Shown here: one piece after another, positions 29,006 through 61,726 of the stretch | Position numbering within the stretch: the first letter of the stretch is position 1 | How the letters are laid out: every line of letters starts with the position of its first letter | Assembly (NCBI GenBank): GCA_012295275.1 | Contig: CM022677.1 | Location: 27,404,001 to 27,468,000, forward strand | DNA from: Chrysomallon squamiferum | Lineage: Eukaryota; Animalia; Mollusca | DNA length: 64,000 nt | Direction: 5' to 3' | Translations under genes and position numbers: made by a program | Notes under the pieces: model-generated | Told to the model about the DNA's origin: nothing | Seen by the model: only the letters and a program-made list of their open reading frames with translations | Databases searched by the model: none

Positions 29006-29085
29006 GGAGGAGGAGGAATAGTAGAAATAGTAGTAGTAATAATAATAAAATAATAAAAATCACAATAATAGTAATAATAATAACC

Positions 29086-29139
<54 letters not shown>

Positions 29140-29176
29140 TAATAATAATAATAATCACAATAATAATAATAATCAC

Positions 29177-29226
<50 letters not shown>

Positions 29227-29264
29227 TGATAATGATGACAAAAACAGAAATAGTAGTAGTAGTA

Positions 29265-29304
<40 letters not shown>

Positions 29305-30195
29305 AAATTATGCAAGAATAATACAGACACTTCCAGATTCACACAGACCGACTGTTTTGGTAAATCCTAAGTAAGTAAAAACATCAGATTTAAAGCCTAC
29401 ATATAACTTGTGTGTCTCAAAGACAGTAATACTAAAAATAGTTTAATTTAAAAAATAATAAAAATGCAGAAAATTGCTACATTTTTATGTATATATTTTT
29501 TTTGAATCTGTGTAACATAATTTTCCAGAAATTACAAAGTATATATATATAGATCTATATGAATTTTGGATGTGTCTGTAATATTAAAATAAGATTGAAC
29601 AAACACATATATATATATATATAATAAAAATAATTGTAATAATAATTAAAACTTTTCTTTTATTATTAATTACTATTATTATTATTATTATTTCTACTCT
29701 TTATTTTTAAAAAAATACAGTGAAAAATGAAAAAAAAAAAAAAGAAATAAAACAAAACAAAAAAATTAATTATTTGATATGTAAGAAAACATCACTTGCC
29801 TATAACTGCTGAGAAAACTCCTCAAACTCCTTTAAAAACAACATAAATTCAAAATATTTTCCTTTTTCGAAAAGTTGTATCTCCAATAAAAAAAAAAACA
29901 ATAAACAAGAGAAAAATAACTTCACAAAAATTCCGGTTTGATGCTATCATCCTCATACACAACAAAAAAAAAAATAAAAAATCACTTTTGAGTCAGCGAA
30001 GATTCCTGGGGTTGGTGATGGGGTGAGAGAGAGAGAGAGAGAGAGGGGGGGAAAGGACAGACAGAGAGAGAGGGGGGTGTGAGGAAAGGGGGGAGGAGAA
30101 AATCTTGACGCAGCAACCTTCACAATGATAATGCCCCGAGAATGAGAAAGGAAAATCGGTTGCCGTGCCAATGGGGGGGAGGGGGAAAGCCAGTA

Positions 30196-49494
<19,299 letters not shown>

Positions 49495-49508
<14 letters not shown>

Positions 49509-49539
49509 ACAGCACGAGAATCGTGCTGCACGTGCCCAT
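49495..49539 (-). other. Out-of-frame uORF (MGTCSTILVLYVSF*) overlapping the Smad6/7 start codon
   Basis: ATG at 49539 in AGC-ATG-G context, TAA at 49497-49495; begins 31 nt upstream of the main ATG. Confidence 0.55.
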
Positions 49540-50163
49540 GCTATGTTGCACTTCCTGGGGTATTCCGATATAAGGGCTTCTCGTTTTGTAAATATAACAC
49601 AAAAACAACAGAAACTTTTCACACACTTCGCTCTCCCGAGACGGTGTGGGGGGGAGATACGCCAAGTCACATATCTGATGTCAAGGTATCGCAGCGAAGA
49701 ATGCAGGGAAGAAATTATCAATATCCTCAGAACGTCGACCTATAATATCCTCTGCCTGCTACGTATTTCGTTCGTATTGTAGATTAACAGTTTCGTGTTA
49801 AAATCCACACGACCGACGATGCTTTTTCCGAACAACATGCAAACGTACTTCAAAACAAGACTTCTCAGAACAGTGGCCACACGGCATTGTGATTATTTTT
49901 TTACAGAGGGGTGTCAGATCGTTCGCCGATTCATACCGCTTTGTAAATAATCGGATATATCAACACATTATTGAACCGTTTTTCATCCTACGACTGACAA
50001 ATCTAAATATAATGTAAAACTGTGGTCAGAACAAGAGAGTATTTAAAAAGAAAGCCAACCGTTTTGACACTGATGGAAACCTCTCTCCCTCTCTAATTGT
50101 CAGGTAGACTGATCGACCACCGATGCTGCTTGCTTAAAAGGGATCGCCGGTTGGCTAAGATTA

Positions 50164-50204
50164 GTCACGTGAAAGTCTAGACATTTTGGCGCGGTGAGTG
50201 TCTG
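50164..50204 (-). promoter_or_regulatory. Smad6/7 proximal promoter module: CAGAC, GC-rich Smad site, palindromic SBE GTCTAGAC and E-box CACGTG
   Basis: Minus strand reads CAGAC ACTCAC CGCGCC AAAAT GTCTAGAC TTT CACGTGAC, about 660 nt upstream of the ATG. Confidence 0.7.
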
Positions 50205-50728
50205 CCTTGATCGTTGCGTAAATAGCCGAAATAAGCTATTAAATTACAAACCCTGGCCATCTAACTTAAAGCTATGGGTAAACAATCTACGCAGAGATCA
50301 TCATGAAAAATATTTCTTGTATTTATTATATTTTTGGTGACTTTTTCTCACTCCTACACCCCCTGGTACATTGAAAAACTTCCTCTGACAATTGGCACGT
50401 CAAACTGAGCAGGGGGTTCCCAATACCTTGCGGAAATTGCTGTTTACGTTTGACTGATTTCAGGGCGGCGTTCGCGAGTGGGGTTCGCATTCCTCCCCCT
50501 CCCCCGCCCCCACAGTATACTTTTTACTTATTTTACTTTATTAAATGTTTGCTTGTTTTTCTTTTCTCTCATCTTTAAAATTAACACGAGTTGTTAGAGA
50601 TGGAAGTTTGTTAATTCTGCATAGCGTGCAGTGACTGCTGTGACAGTTTATTTTTTACGTAGTCCTACCGTTAAGATTATTATTATTAGTAGTAGTAGTA
50701 GTAATAGTAGTAGTGGTAGTAGTAGTAA

Positions 50729-50765
<37 letters not shown>

Positions 50766-50910
50766 TATGTATTATTGTAGTAGTAGTAGTAGTTATGTAT
50801 TATAGTAGTAGTATTTTATTCTGTTGTAGTTTTAATGGGACATAATTGTGGCCATAGATTTTCTTAAATAATAACTAAGAGTATCCTTGTTTTTCCATTT
50901 TATTTTCCAC

Positions 50911-51013
<103 letters not shown>

Positions 51014-51865
51014 GCAATAAATGAAATAAAAAGATTGCCGAAAATTATTTTTGATAGTACAACTTATTTCATTTAAGTATTAAAAAAAAGAAATAACTAA
51101 CATAATAAATAATAACAAATATAATAACATTATTTATTTATTTATTTACTTATTCATTTATTTATTTATTTATTTACTTATTCATTTATTTATTTATTTA
51201 TTTACTTATTTACTTATTTGTTTATTTATTTGTTTATTTATTTATTAGGATTCGGCATAATCTGTACAGCTTTTTTTTTTCTCTCTCGCATAATAAATAA
51301 ATAAATAAATAAAATAAAATAAAATAAAATAAAATAAAATAAAATAAAAACACTAGTCAACAAACCAAAAAAAAAAAAAAAAATATACTTACAACATTGA
51401 TACCCCTTGTAGTTTCGTGGATATGGACTCGTCCAGAATATTATAAACAGCATTATTGCGGAGGACGACAGTATTATGGGCTGTGGCGCCTTAGTGTAAA
51501 ATTCATAAACGTACAGACAGACTTCGATACGCGGTAATTAAATCAAACTCGATAACGAGGCGAGTCGCGTCAGATGTCTGTGGACGTAGTTAAATGGGAA
51601 CGCCGTACAGAAAATAGTTTTGAGAGGCTGTTACTCGATACGATCTGTTTTGTCTTTCGTATCGAAAATCGCGAGAGGAGTGGCTGATTATTTTTTTTTT
51701 TAAATATTTTTTTATTTTTTTTTTTTTTTTTGTTTATTTGTTGTTTTTTTAAATTTATTTATTTATTACTTTTTCTTTCTTTTTTTTTTCTTTCACTTTT
51801 TTTTTTTTTTAAAGGTTTAATTGATAATTGTTTTGTTTATTAGCCAAGTTCACCGTAGTGCAGTT

Positions 51866-51903
<38 letters not shown>

Positions 51904-52065
51904 CTCCTTTATTTTTTCAATTGCTTTTCATTCTAAATAAAAATAATAATTGTTGTTATCGTTATTGTTTTTGTTATTTTCTTCGTATTACTATTATTAG
52001 TGTATTAGTATTTAAAAAGTACTTTATAATATTTTCATTTTGAAAATTGCTCATACAATATCCTT

Positions 52066-52152
<87 letters not shown>

Positions 52153-52699
52153 TTTTTAACTTTATGTTTTACGCTAAATAATAAACATACTTAGGAGTCG
52201 AAGTCTAACATAGTTTCTGCTTACGTTGTAATTAAACATTTGTTACATACTATCACAGTACCGGACATGTTTTGACATACGTATGTTTTTTGACTTGCCT
52301 AAGGTTTTGCTCATTTTAATTTTTCTGTCAAAGTTAATAATGAACGAAATAGCTCTAAACTGTCTTTACTTGCTGTGTACATTTAAACATTTTATTTAAT
52401 CAGGCAGTAACCAATTTTAAAATAAAATCAAAACACTATTGAAACGGGGCAGGCAGGTGTTGGGGCGGAGACAGAGAGAGAGAGGAGGGGGGTGGAAGTG
52501 TGTTTGTGAATGAAAAGGTGAAATAATAATATTTGTGTTCTCTCTCTCGTGGTCTCTCATTAAGACTTACTGTCTGCCCACAATCACTATGGAAATTCTT
52601 TCTCTTCATATTTGGCAATTTCGCCGACAATAATTAACATCGTTTCCCCTCCAAAACGAGTGTGATTTATACACACTCCGAACAAGAAAGCATCATCCC

Positions 52700-52950
52700 G
52701 ACGTTAACAATAGCTCGCACGCGCAGACGTGTCACGTGCTCTTTTTATGATATTCAGTCAATCACGCGATTCCCGCCATCGTGTCTGGGCAGACGACACG
52801 CCGCTGACCGGCCCAACAGTAGAACAAAGTAAAGATTAATTCGCGGGCGTCCGCTAACAGCAAGTAGCCAGTGTACGCAGCGAAAGGATTAATTACAGTG
52901 TATTAATCACCAGAAGCCGCCAAAGTGTCGTCTGCTCGAAGCGTTAACTT
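52700..52950. promoter_or_regulatory. CpG-rich upstream enhancer candidate with several Smad composite-like sites
   Basis: CCCGCC-N5-GTCTG, inverted CAGAC-N5-GCCGCT, GCCGCC-N5-GTCG, an E-box CACGTG and repeated GATTAAT homeodomain cores. Confidence 0.45.
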
Positions 52951-53225
52951 ACTTCTGTTGTGTTTTTGTTTTTGGTTGCCAGCGTTATCGGAGACGAGTA
53001 ATTAAATAAGCGTGTTTGATGAAGGGATAGAAAAAAAAAAAAAAAATGGCCACTGTGTTTTAACGGATGCGAGAAGGGATGTATTCTTCGTACGTTGTTG
53101 TCTTATTGACGGCATGGTTTTATCCTTAATCCGAAATCGAATTGAAATACATATGGAATATTCTAAGTATTAAAATTAAGTAATGCTCGGTTATAAATAT
53201 TTATTCTCGATTCAGTTTCTTTTAA

Positions 53226-53256
<31 letters not shown>

Positions 53257-53453
53257 CAGATCTTTCGTCTTATCTTATTTTATTTATTTATTTTATAGAC
53301 AGTTCAATATATTTCTTTTTCTCTTCTTTTTAAATTAAGAACAAAAAGTATTTTCAAAATGGCTAAAGGATAACATTATTAAAACTATTTGGTGTTTGAT
53401 GGAATGGTTGTTAGAACTGAGATCAAAACAGAATTTTAATCACTTTAAAATAA

Positions 53454-53542
<89 letters not shown>

Positions 53543-54290
53543 TGTGTGTGCGTATAGTTAATCTTATATTTTTGTGCAGATACATAAAATATAAAATATT
53601 TAGCGCATAAGACTTTTTTTTTTTTATAAAACAGTAATTCACGCGTTCAAGATGCTACCTAGAACTGGACATAAAAAATGTAAAACATGGCAGTAACAAG
53701 GAACTGATCTTGATAACCTCTGCCCCTCGGTTTTTTTTTTTTTTTTTTTTTTTTTTTTCAACCGAGCTGCATCTGAAACCACCCCTCAATTTGAGTTATG
53801 AATTACCCCCACCCCGCCCTCACCCATTTTCTCGAATCGTTCGCAAAACAGCTCGGACAACGAGCTTTATTTCTGTCTCTGGCGTCTGACGGGCGAACAC
53901 GAAAACAACCGATCAGTTTGTGGCGGTCACTCGATTGGACTGGTCACTATTCCGGAACTAATTACGGCGGACCATCGCGAAAGTCTCGCCTCACTGTCTG
54001 CGCGAGAAACGTCCGATTGGACGTTTTATCATCATATCGCGTTTTTGTTGTCTGCTGGCAATTTTCAGCGAATGTTTGTCCGCGGGAGAGCTGATTTAGC
54101 ACAGCTGTGTACAGAGAGAGAGAGAGAGAGAGATGTTCGATATGAGTGGAAGTGTGTCTGCGTGCGTGTGTGTTTGTGTGTGTGTGTGTGTGCGTATGTG
54201 TACGTTTGAGTGTTTATATATGAGTGTGTATTTGTGTGTCTATGTACATATTAATTATATAAACGATAAATTAATACTTGTATGTGCGTG

Positions 54291-54357
<67 letters not shown>

Positions 54358-54737
54358 ATGGATGCGTACACGTACATACACAATAATGAATACACACATG
54401 TATATATTAATGTGAATGTTTGTGTGTATAATATTTCATACAGTTTCACAGCTATATTCATATAAAGCTATATACAACCATGTTCATACACATACACTTT
54501 TTATTAATTAGAATAAATTATTAGTATGAGGTGCTGTTGATCGCAGGATCGATACCCTTCTCCTCCCAGTTTAAACTCAAGTCATATACTATATTCATGA
54601 GTTTAGGAATGAAATAATGTTTGCTGTATCTCGAAACAGTAGGTTAGGAAGTGTTACAGAACGGACTTTAGTATTATCACTGTTGTTGTTATTATTGTTA
54701 CGTTATTATTATTAATATTCTTCTTCTTCTTCTTCTT

Positions 54738-54799
<62 letters not shown>

Positions 54800-54801
54800 C
54801 A

Positions 54802-54848
<47 letters not shown>

Positions 54849-55259
54849 GTCCTTGTTATTACGTTACTGTTATCGTTATTACTTTTATTTATTTAGTTAT
54901 TTATTTAGTTATTTTAATTATTTAAATGGTGACTATTGTTGTTCTTACTATCTTTCTGTTACTATGATTTTAATTATATTAAATTAGTCGTTTCAAAATA
55001 AAAATCGGAGCGAATGCAAAGTGGTGTTGTAAAAAATATTATGTATGTATGTATGTATGTATATAAACACTGATGATAACACAATTGATAACACTATACA
55101 GCATGCATAACAAAAAAAATAAAAAAAACAAATAATAATAAAAAAAAAATAAAAAAAAAAAATGAAAAAGAAAAAAAAAAACGAAAGAAAAAAATGGAAA
55201 AAAAGAAAAACAAAATACAAATTAAAAAAAAAAAAAAAAAAATGAAAAAGAAATTAAAA

Positions 55260-55301
<42 letters not shown>

Positions 55302-55524
55302 GAAGATATGCTATCTCCTATCTACTCCGGCGCGTTACTCCGAAACATAAATAATTTTAAATGAGTTTATTAAAATGTATATTTTTGTTATTTGTGAATG
55401 TGTGTGCATGCACGTAGGCCTCGGCGGAGAAAGATTAAAAAACAATGGCCCATTCATGAAATGTTTTAGCACGTAATGCGTGTTTATTACGTACGCTCCG
55501 AAGAATGTGTGTGTGTGTGTGTGT

Positions 55525-55569
<45 letters not shown>

Positions 55570-55645
55570 GATAATAAATATATGATATATAATATAATAT
55601 ATGATAAATATAAATATATAAGATATATAATAATACGTAATAAAT

Positions 55646-55720
<75 letters not shown>

Positions 55721-56088
55721 GTATGTGTGCGCGTGTATTCATCTGCATGCCTGTGCATGCTATATGTACCCGCGTATCATTTATGTCTGTTCGTCTGTAA
55801 GGGTCTGTTACGCGCGCGCGCGTGTATGTGTGCATTTGTGTGTGGCTGTAGGTGCGTTTCGTTTAATTCTATTTTTAGCACCGCGCTGTGTCCAGATAGA
55901 TATTTAATAATGAACCATTCATAAAATATTGACGCCCAGAAGAAAGGAAGCGTCTGGGAATTACCCACAGAGAACGTGGGCGGTTCCAGACGAACCTGGA
56001 GGGGAAGGGGGGGGTCTGATTTGGTAAATTTATTAAACAAGATTAGGTAATTAACTTATGGAGAATGAAGTATGGCTGTCGCTCTTGG

Positions 56089-56189
<101 letters not shown>

Positions 56190-56759
56190 TATTATTAACA
56201 TTATTAGTATTTATGCTATATATCATATTCCTTGATGTTATCAACAATTAATGTGGTATTTTTTATTATTATTTTTTTAAATAATAAAATTTTGTGTTGG
56301 TCACGTTTTTAAATAAATTATCGTTTTCAAGCAACAACAACAAAAAAAAGCAACAACAACAAAAAAAAGAAAAAAACAAACAACACAACACAAAACGACA
56401 ACAAAACAAGAGCAAAAAACAACAACAACAAACAAACAAAAAAAAACATCAACAAACAAATTAAAAACAAGAGAGACAACGAAAATTCAAACAAATGAAC
56501 GTGTCTGTACAGGAATAATGGGAACATCTATTACTTGTATTCAGATAATTTTTATTATTATTTTTTTATAATGATTTATCACTTCCAGTTATTACAAATT
56601 AGCGGCAAAATCTATTTTAGGTGTGTTTACCAAAGAACGCTGTCTTCTGTGTTAAACTTGTTGTTCCGAAGGAACGTTTTGGAATGGGAAATAACCGAAG
56701 AGGAGCTCTCATGATTATTGTTTCTATCTGTTACACCTTAACTTTCCGCTCTGACCTCA

Positions 56760-56915
<156 letters not shown>

Positions 56916-57048
56916 CACGCATCACAAGACAAGATACTGTTAGAAAAAGTAATAAATAAAAATAAATAAAAATAAATATAAATAAATGAAAATAAATTAA
57001 TAGAAAAATATTAAATAAATATAATAAATAAATAATAAAATAGATAGA

Positions 57049-57079
<31 letters not shown>

Positions 57080-57192
57080 ATGGATAAACAGATAAATAGT
57101 TATATGAACAACTTATTTGAAAAAGCTTTTAAAGACTATTTATCATAATAATAATAAATAAATAAATAAATAAATAAATAATAATGATGATG

Positions 57193-57263
<71 letters not shown>

Positions 57264-57639
57264 AATAAATAAATAAAAGGAAAATAAAAATCTAAAAGGG
57301 TACGTTAGCCCTTTTGTATAACCAATAAAAATTCAGTGGTCTTTTACTATTGAACCTCACTTATTTTACAACTAATTAGGTTTTATATGAAGCAACTTTT
57401 AATCACTATGAGTCACTGAATCAAGTTTAATTTTGGCAAAAATAGGGTTTAAGCCCTTTTACAGCTGAGCTCTCCACATAATGAACAAAAATGCAGAATA
57501 CAAAAAATCAGTTCATTAAAACATATAAATAACAAAATTTAAATTAAATGTTCGTCAATCATTTTACCTCTTTAACTAAAGAAAATTCCTATAAATTAAA
57601 CAAAAAAAACAAACAAAAAACCACAAACAACCTAAAATA

Positions 57640-57950
57640 AAACTGACGTCATTGACAAGACGTCATTATGGAAACAAACGTCTTGTACTTAGCAACAACA
57701 GCGGTAACAGCAACAAACGACACCGATCCAACGACTGTACAACGCTGACGTGATTCCAGTTATAAATATTCAAATAAAGGTCACGTTATGACGTCACAGA
57801 AGAGAAATGACCTTTACATGGCAACGACAGGTAACAATAACAAAAAACAACAGCGCCACGAATAAAAATACGGAAGAAGCCACCAATAATAATACGGAAG
57901 TGACGTGATTCTATTTATAAATAATCGAATGTTATGACGTCATAATTGAA
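57640..57950. promoter_or_regulatory. CRE/ETS motif cluster (orphan promoter or enhancer)
   Basis: TGACGTCA at 57644, 57789 and 57935, TGACGTGA twice, CGGAAGTGACGT at 57895, TATAAAT twice. Confidence 0.45.
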
Positions 57951-58459
57951 ACGGCATTACCGTAACCCAGTAACTGCCGTCATTTGTAATGATACTGAAT
58001 GTCGTTACATGGATGTTGTTGATCTGAATGCTGATGCAACTGTAGGGCATGTGAATGGAATGTGTGTGTGTGCGTGCGTGCGTTCGTGCATATTTGTACG
58101 TATATATATATATATATATATCTGGGACTGCTTTTCCCTTATTTAGAGTTAAGTACTGTTACCAGTTTTAAACTAAAAGTAACAAAACAAAGATTATCTT
58201 CAATTTCGTGCATTTGAATATTTTTATAAAACTTTATTAATTTAGTTAACTATTTTTCATAGAACTGTAACAAGAACCACCCCCAAAAACAACTGTGCCC
58301 AAGAGAAATACGTTTGCTTCAGTTTATATATATATATATATGTTTTAATATACATTCATTTTAATACGAATTTGATTTATCTAACGCTGTCATGTTTTGT
58401 GAGTAATAATTTTTAAAATAATTACATTTTATGAGCACACGCGCACGCACACACACACA

Positions 58460-58518
<59 letters not shown>

Positions 58519-58569
58519 TTATCAGTAGAGTGTACATATATGCCCCCCAAAATCACATCATACATCTGA

Positions 58570-58604
58570 GAAAACGAATCCAACAAACTGCAATATAATT
58601 TATT
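58570..58604 (-). terminator. Candidate dynein heavy chain polyadenylation signal
   Basis: AATAAA on the minus strand at 58604-58599 followed by GU-rich GTTTGTTGGATTCGTTTT; about 2 kb after the stop codon. Confidence 0.4.
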
Positions 58605-59366
58605 CACCAAACAAACTGACATTCATAGATGTACACCATACACCACATTAGATTGAAAAAACAACGCTTTATATTACACAGAATATATCTTACACAAATA
58701 CTGTATTATTATTATGTTCCTCTAAACCTGCACATTACAACCCACAGCCAAAATAAATACCCCAAATTAATCCAAACAAACACATTCTGTATTGCATATT
58801 TAATCATTAAAAAATTACACACTAAAACACTGACATTAAAATGAATGTAACATTTTTTTTTTATACCAGTCCAAGTATTTTTCAGTGTACCCATGTAATA
58901 TTATTGACATATCTCAGGTGTATATATATATATATTATTTTGTATCTTAGAGTAATTTTCACAAAACAATTATAATATTATTTCTTCATTACAATAATAA
59001 TCATGTTGATGTTTTCATGGCAAATTCAAAAAATTAATACAATTAATACAATACAATATATATATATATTTGGTTCATGAAGACTGAAAACTATAAAAAT
59101 AGAATACAACAGGAACATATATATATATATACATATTATATGACTACTATTTGGAAGTCATAATAAATATTTAGTTATCACAGATATGTATGTCAGCAGT
59201 TTATTAGTAAAAAATAATAATTTATAAAATTAAAATATTATTTATACATCATTTATAATAATAAAAAAAATAAAAAATAAATAAATAAATAAATAAATAA
59301 ATATCTAATAATTATGTTTATGTTGATGATAATAACAATAACACTAACCATATTAACAATAATAAC

Positions 59367-59424
<58 letters not shown>

Positions 59425-60438
59425 TTAAGCAATAAATAATAAAAAAATAGTAATAAAAAAAAAAGGGAATTCTATAAATAACCACTGTCACAAAAGAATT
59501 ATATCAAAATCATTCCTCACATGTATATAAAAAAAAAAAAAAGTCTGTGCAATACAATTTAAAATAAAATAAAATAAAATACAAATGAAACTATGGAATA
59601 GTTATGGAAAAAGAAGAAACTATTTATCAGTGAGTAAAAATAAACAATGGAGATTAGATAAAATAAATTTGAAATATTTTTTTCATTAAATCACTATAAC
59701 CGTTTCTACAATCTGTAACAAAAGAATATATTTTTCATTTATATAACTGTTATATAAATTTATATAAATTTTAATTTCTTTTTGTTTTTATATATCTCCT
59801 GATAAATCATTTATTTATTTGATTTTGTATGTATACTGTTATTTCAGTCTAATGAACATTAACATATATTTTATATTACAAAAGTTCTGATAAAACATAA
59901 ATCAAAATAAAATAATGAAAAATTGTCTGCTTCTTTATCTAAACAATATTTTTCCGATACTAAACATAATTTACACCTATTTTATACATCTATATGTGGG
60001 CTTCATATATTTTACTAACTTATATAATGTTTTTTTGTTTTTTTTAAAACGTTAAACTTTTAAGGGTAACAGAAGTCATAACTGTAACATCATTTCTATA
60101 TATATATATATATACACACATACAAAATTTTTCCAAAGTACAAATTATAATATATAAATATTTAAATGTTATCACAGATGTCTATAAGAAAACAGAAATA
60201 TATCACAAATTTCATAAGAAAATAACAACATATAATCAATACATACAATAAGTATAAGTTATACATGGTTACTGATATGTACAAAGTTATTATTATTTAT
60301 TGTTTATTTCACTATCACATTTTAAGAAAAGTATTTTGATACAAACACACAAAAAAAACAAGTAAATAGTTTTTCAGTCACCCCACTTCCTTCACCAGAG
60401 AATAAAATAAATAAATAAATAAATAAATAATTAATAAT

Positions 60439-60503
<65 letters not shown>

Positions 60504-60593
60504 CAGAATCAATAGATTTCTAATAGAAAATTAAAAAAGACACAACATTTTCAACAGTTCTATACAGCTGCAGGTAACACGAATTGTCTCCCT

Positions 60594-60697
60594 TTAATCA
60601 CTGAGTTGACACAAGAGGGCAGCACCTTTAGCTATCCAGTAATCCTGACTTCTGACTGATGGCAAATACACAGCCACCACATAGTTTGTTGAATGAC
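60594..60697 (-). CDS. DNAH6: DNAH6-like last exon ([34 protein letters not shown])
   Basis: TTTTCCAG acceptor, TAA at 60596-60594. Confidence 0.92.
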
Positions 60698-61114
60698 CTG
60701 GAAAATTTAAATATTCATATTGTACCACTGATTGTATTCATTAATGACATTTGTGTTGTGTGTGTCTGTATGTGTAGTACGTGTGTGTGTGTATGTTTTT
60801 TGTGTATTTCTTGTCAGGGTGTATGTGTGTGTGTGTATGTAAAGATGTCTGTGTATGTGTGTATTCATGTGAGTGTGTCTTGGTGTTTTTGTGTGGGTAT
60901 GTATATATATATGTGTGCATGCATGGGTATGCTTTCTTCATATACTTGTGTCTGTATATATGTGCAAAAACACACACACATTCACAGACACACACACATA
61001 CACACAAACACACACATTCACACACACACATTCACAGACACACACATACACACACACAAACACACACATTCACACACATACATTCACACACACACACACA
61101 AACACCACACACAC

Positions 61115-61145
<31 letters not shown>

Positions 61146-61172
61146 CAAACACACACCCACACACACTTTCAC

Positions 61173-61247
<75 letters not shown>

Positions 61248-61676
61248 ACACACACAGCTTCACTTAAAGACAACAACAACACCCCCCCTCACACTAGAGA
61301 TCTGCCCCTAGCTCTACTCACCAGTAGTAGACAGTACCCCAGCCCTAGCCGATGTTTTGTACAGGGGGCAGGTGTAGTCGTCTTCGCTCGGCTTGAAGTC
61401 CATGCGTGGCTGCATGTGCATCATTGGCAGCATCGAGTTCATCTGACCCACGACGGAGTCGGCACACACGAAGTTGTCGTCGTCCCAGCGGAACCCGTCG
61501 GTGAAGAGACCGTGAACCAGCACGCCGTCAGTTGGTGACTCAATCTGTGGTGAGTTTTTATAACAATAGGTTTGATATTTTTTTTTTTTTTTTTAGTGTA
61601 ATGTGTGTAGTAATAATGACAGTGATAATAATAGTAAAGATGGTGATAATGATGGTTATAATAATAATAGCAGTAA

Positions 61677-61726
<50 letters not shown>

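Noticed and set aside
49509-49721. N-terminal extension of the Smad ORF in the ORF track
   Set aside because: It has no in-frame ATG, and the conserved I-Smad start MFRSKRS defines the true ATG at 49508
51485-51490. GGCGCC upstream of Smad6/7
   Set aside because: No GTC at the N5 position on either strand, so it is not called as a composite BMP element
54525-54560. tRNA/SINE B-box-like words (GATCGCAGGATCGATACCC; also GGGTTCAAATCCCAG on the minus strand at about 45300-45314)
   Set aside because: No cloverleaf or A-box; at most short SINE debris, too little to call
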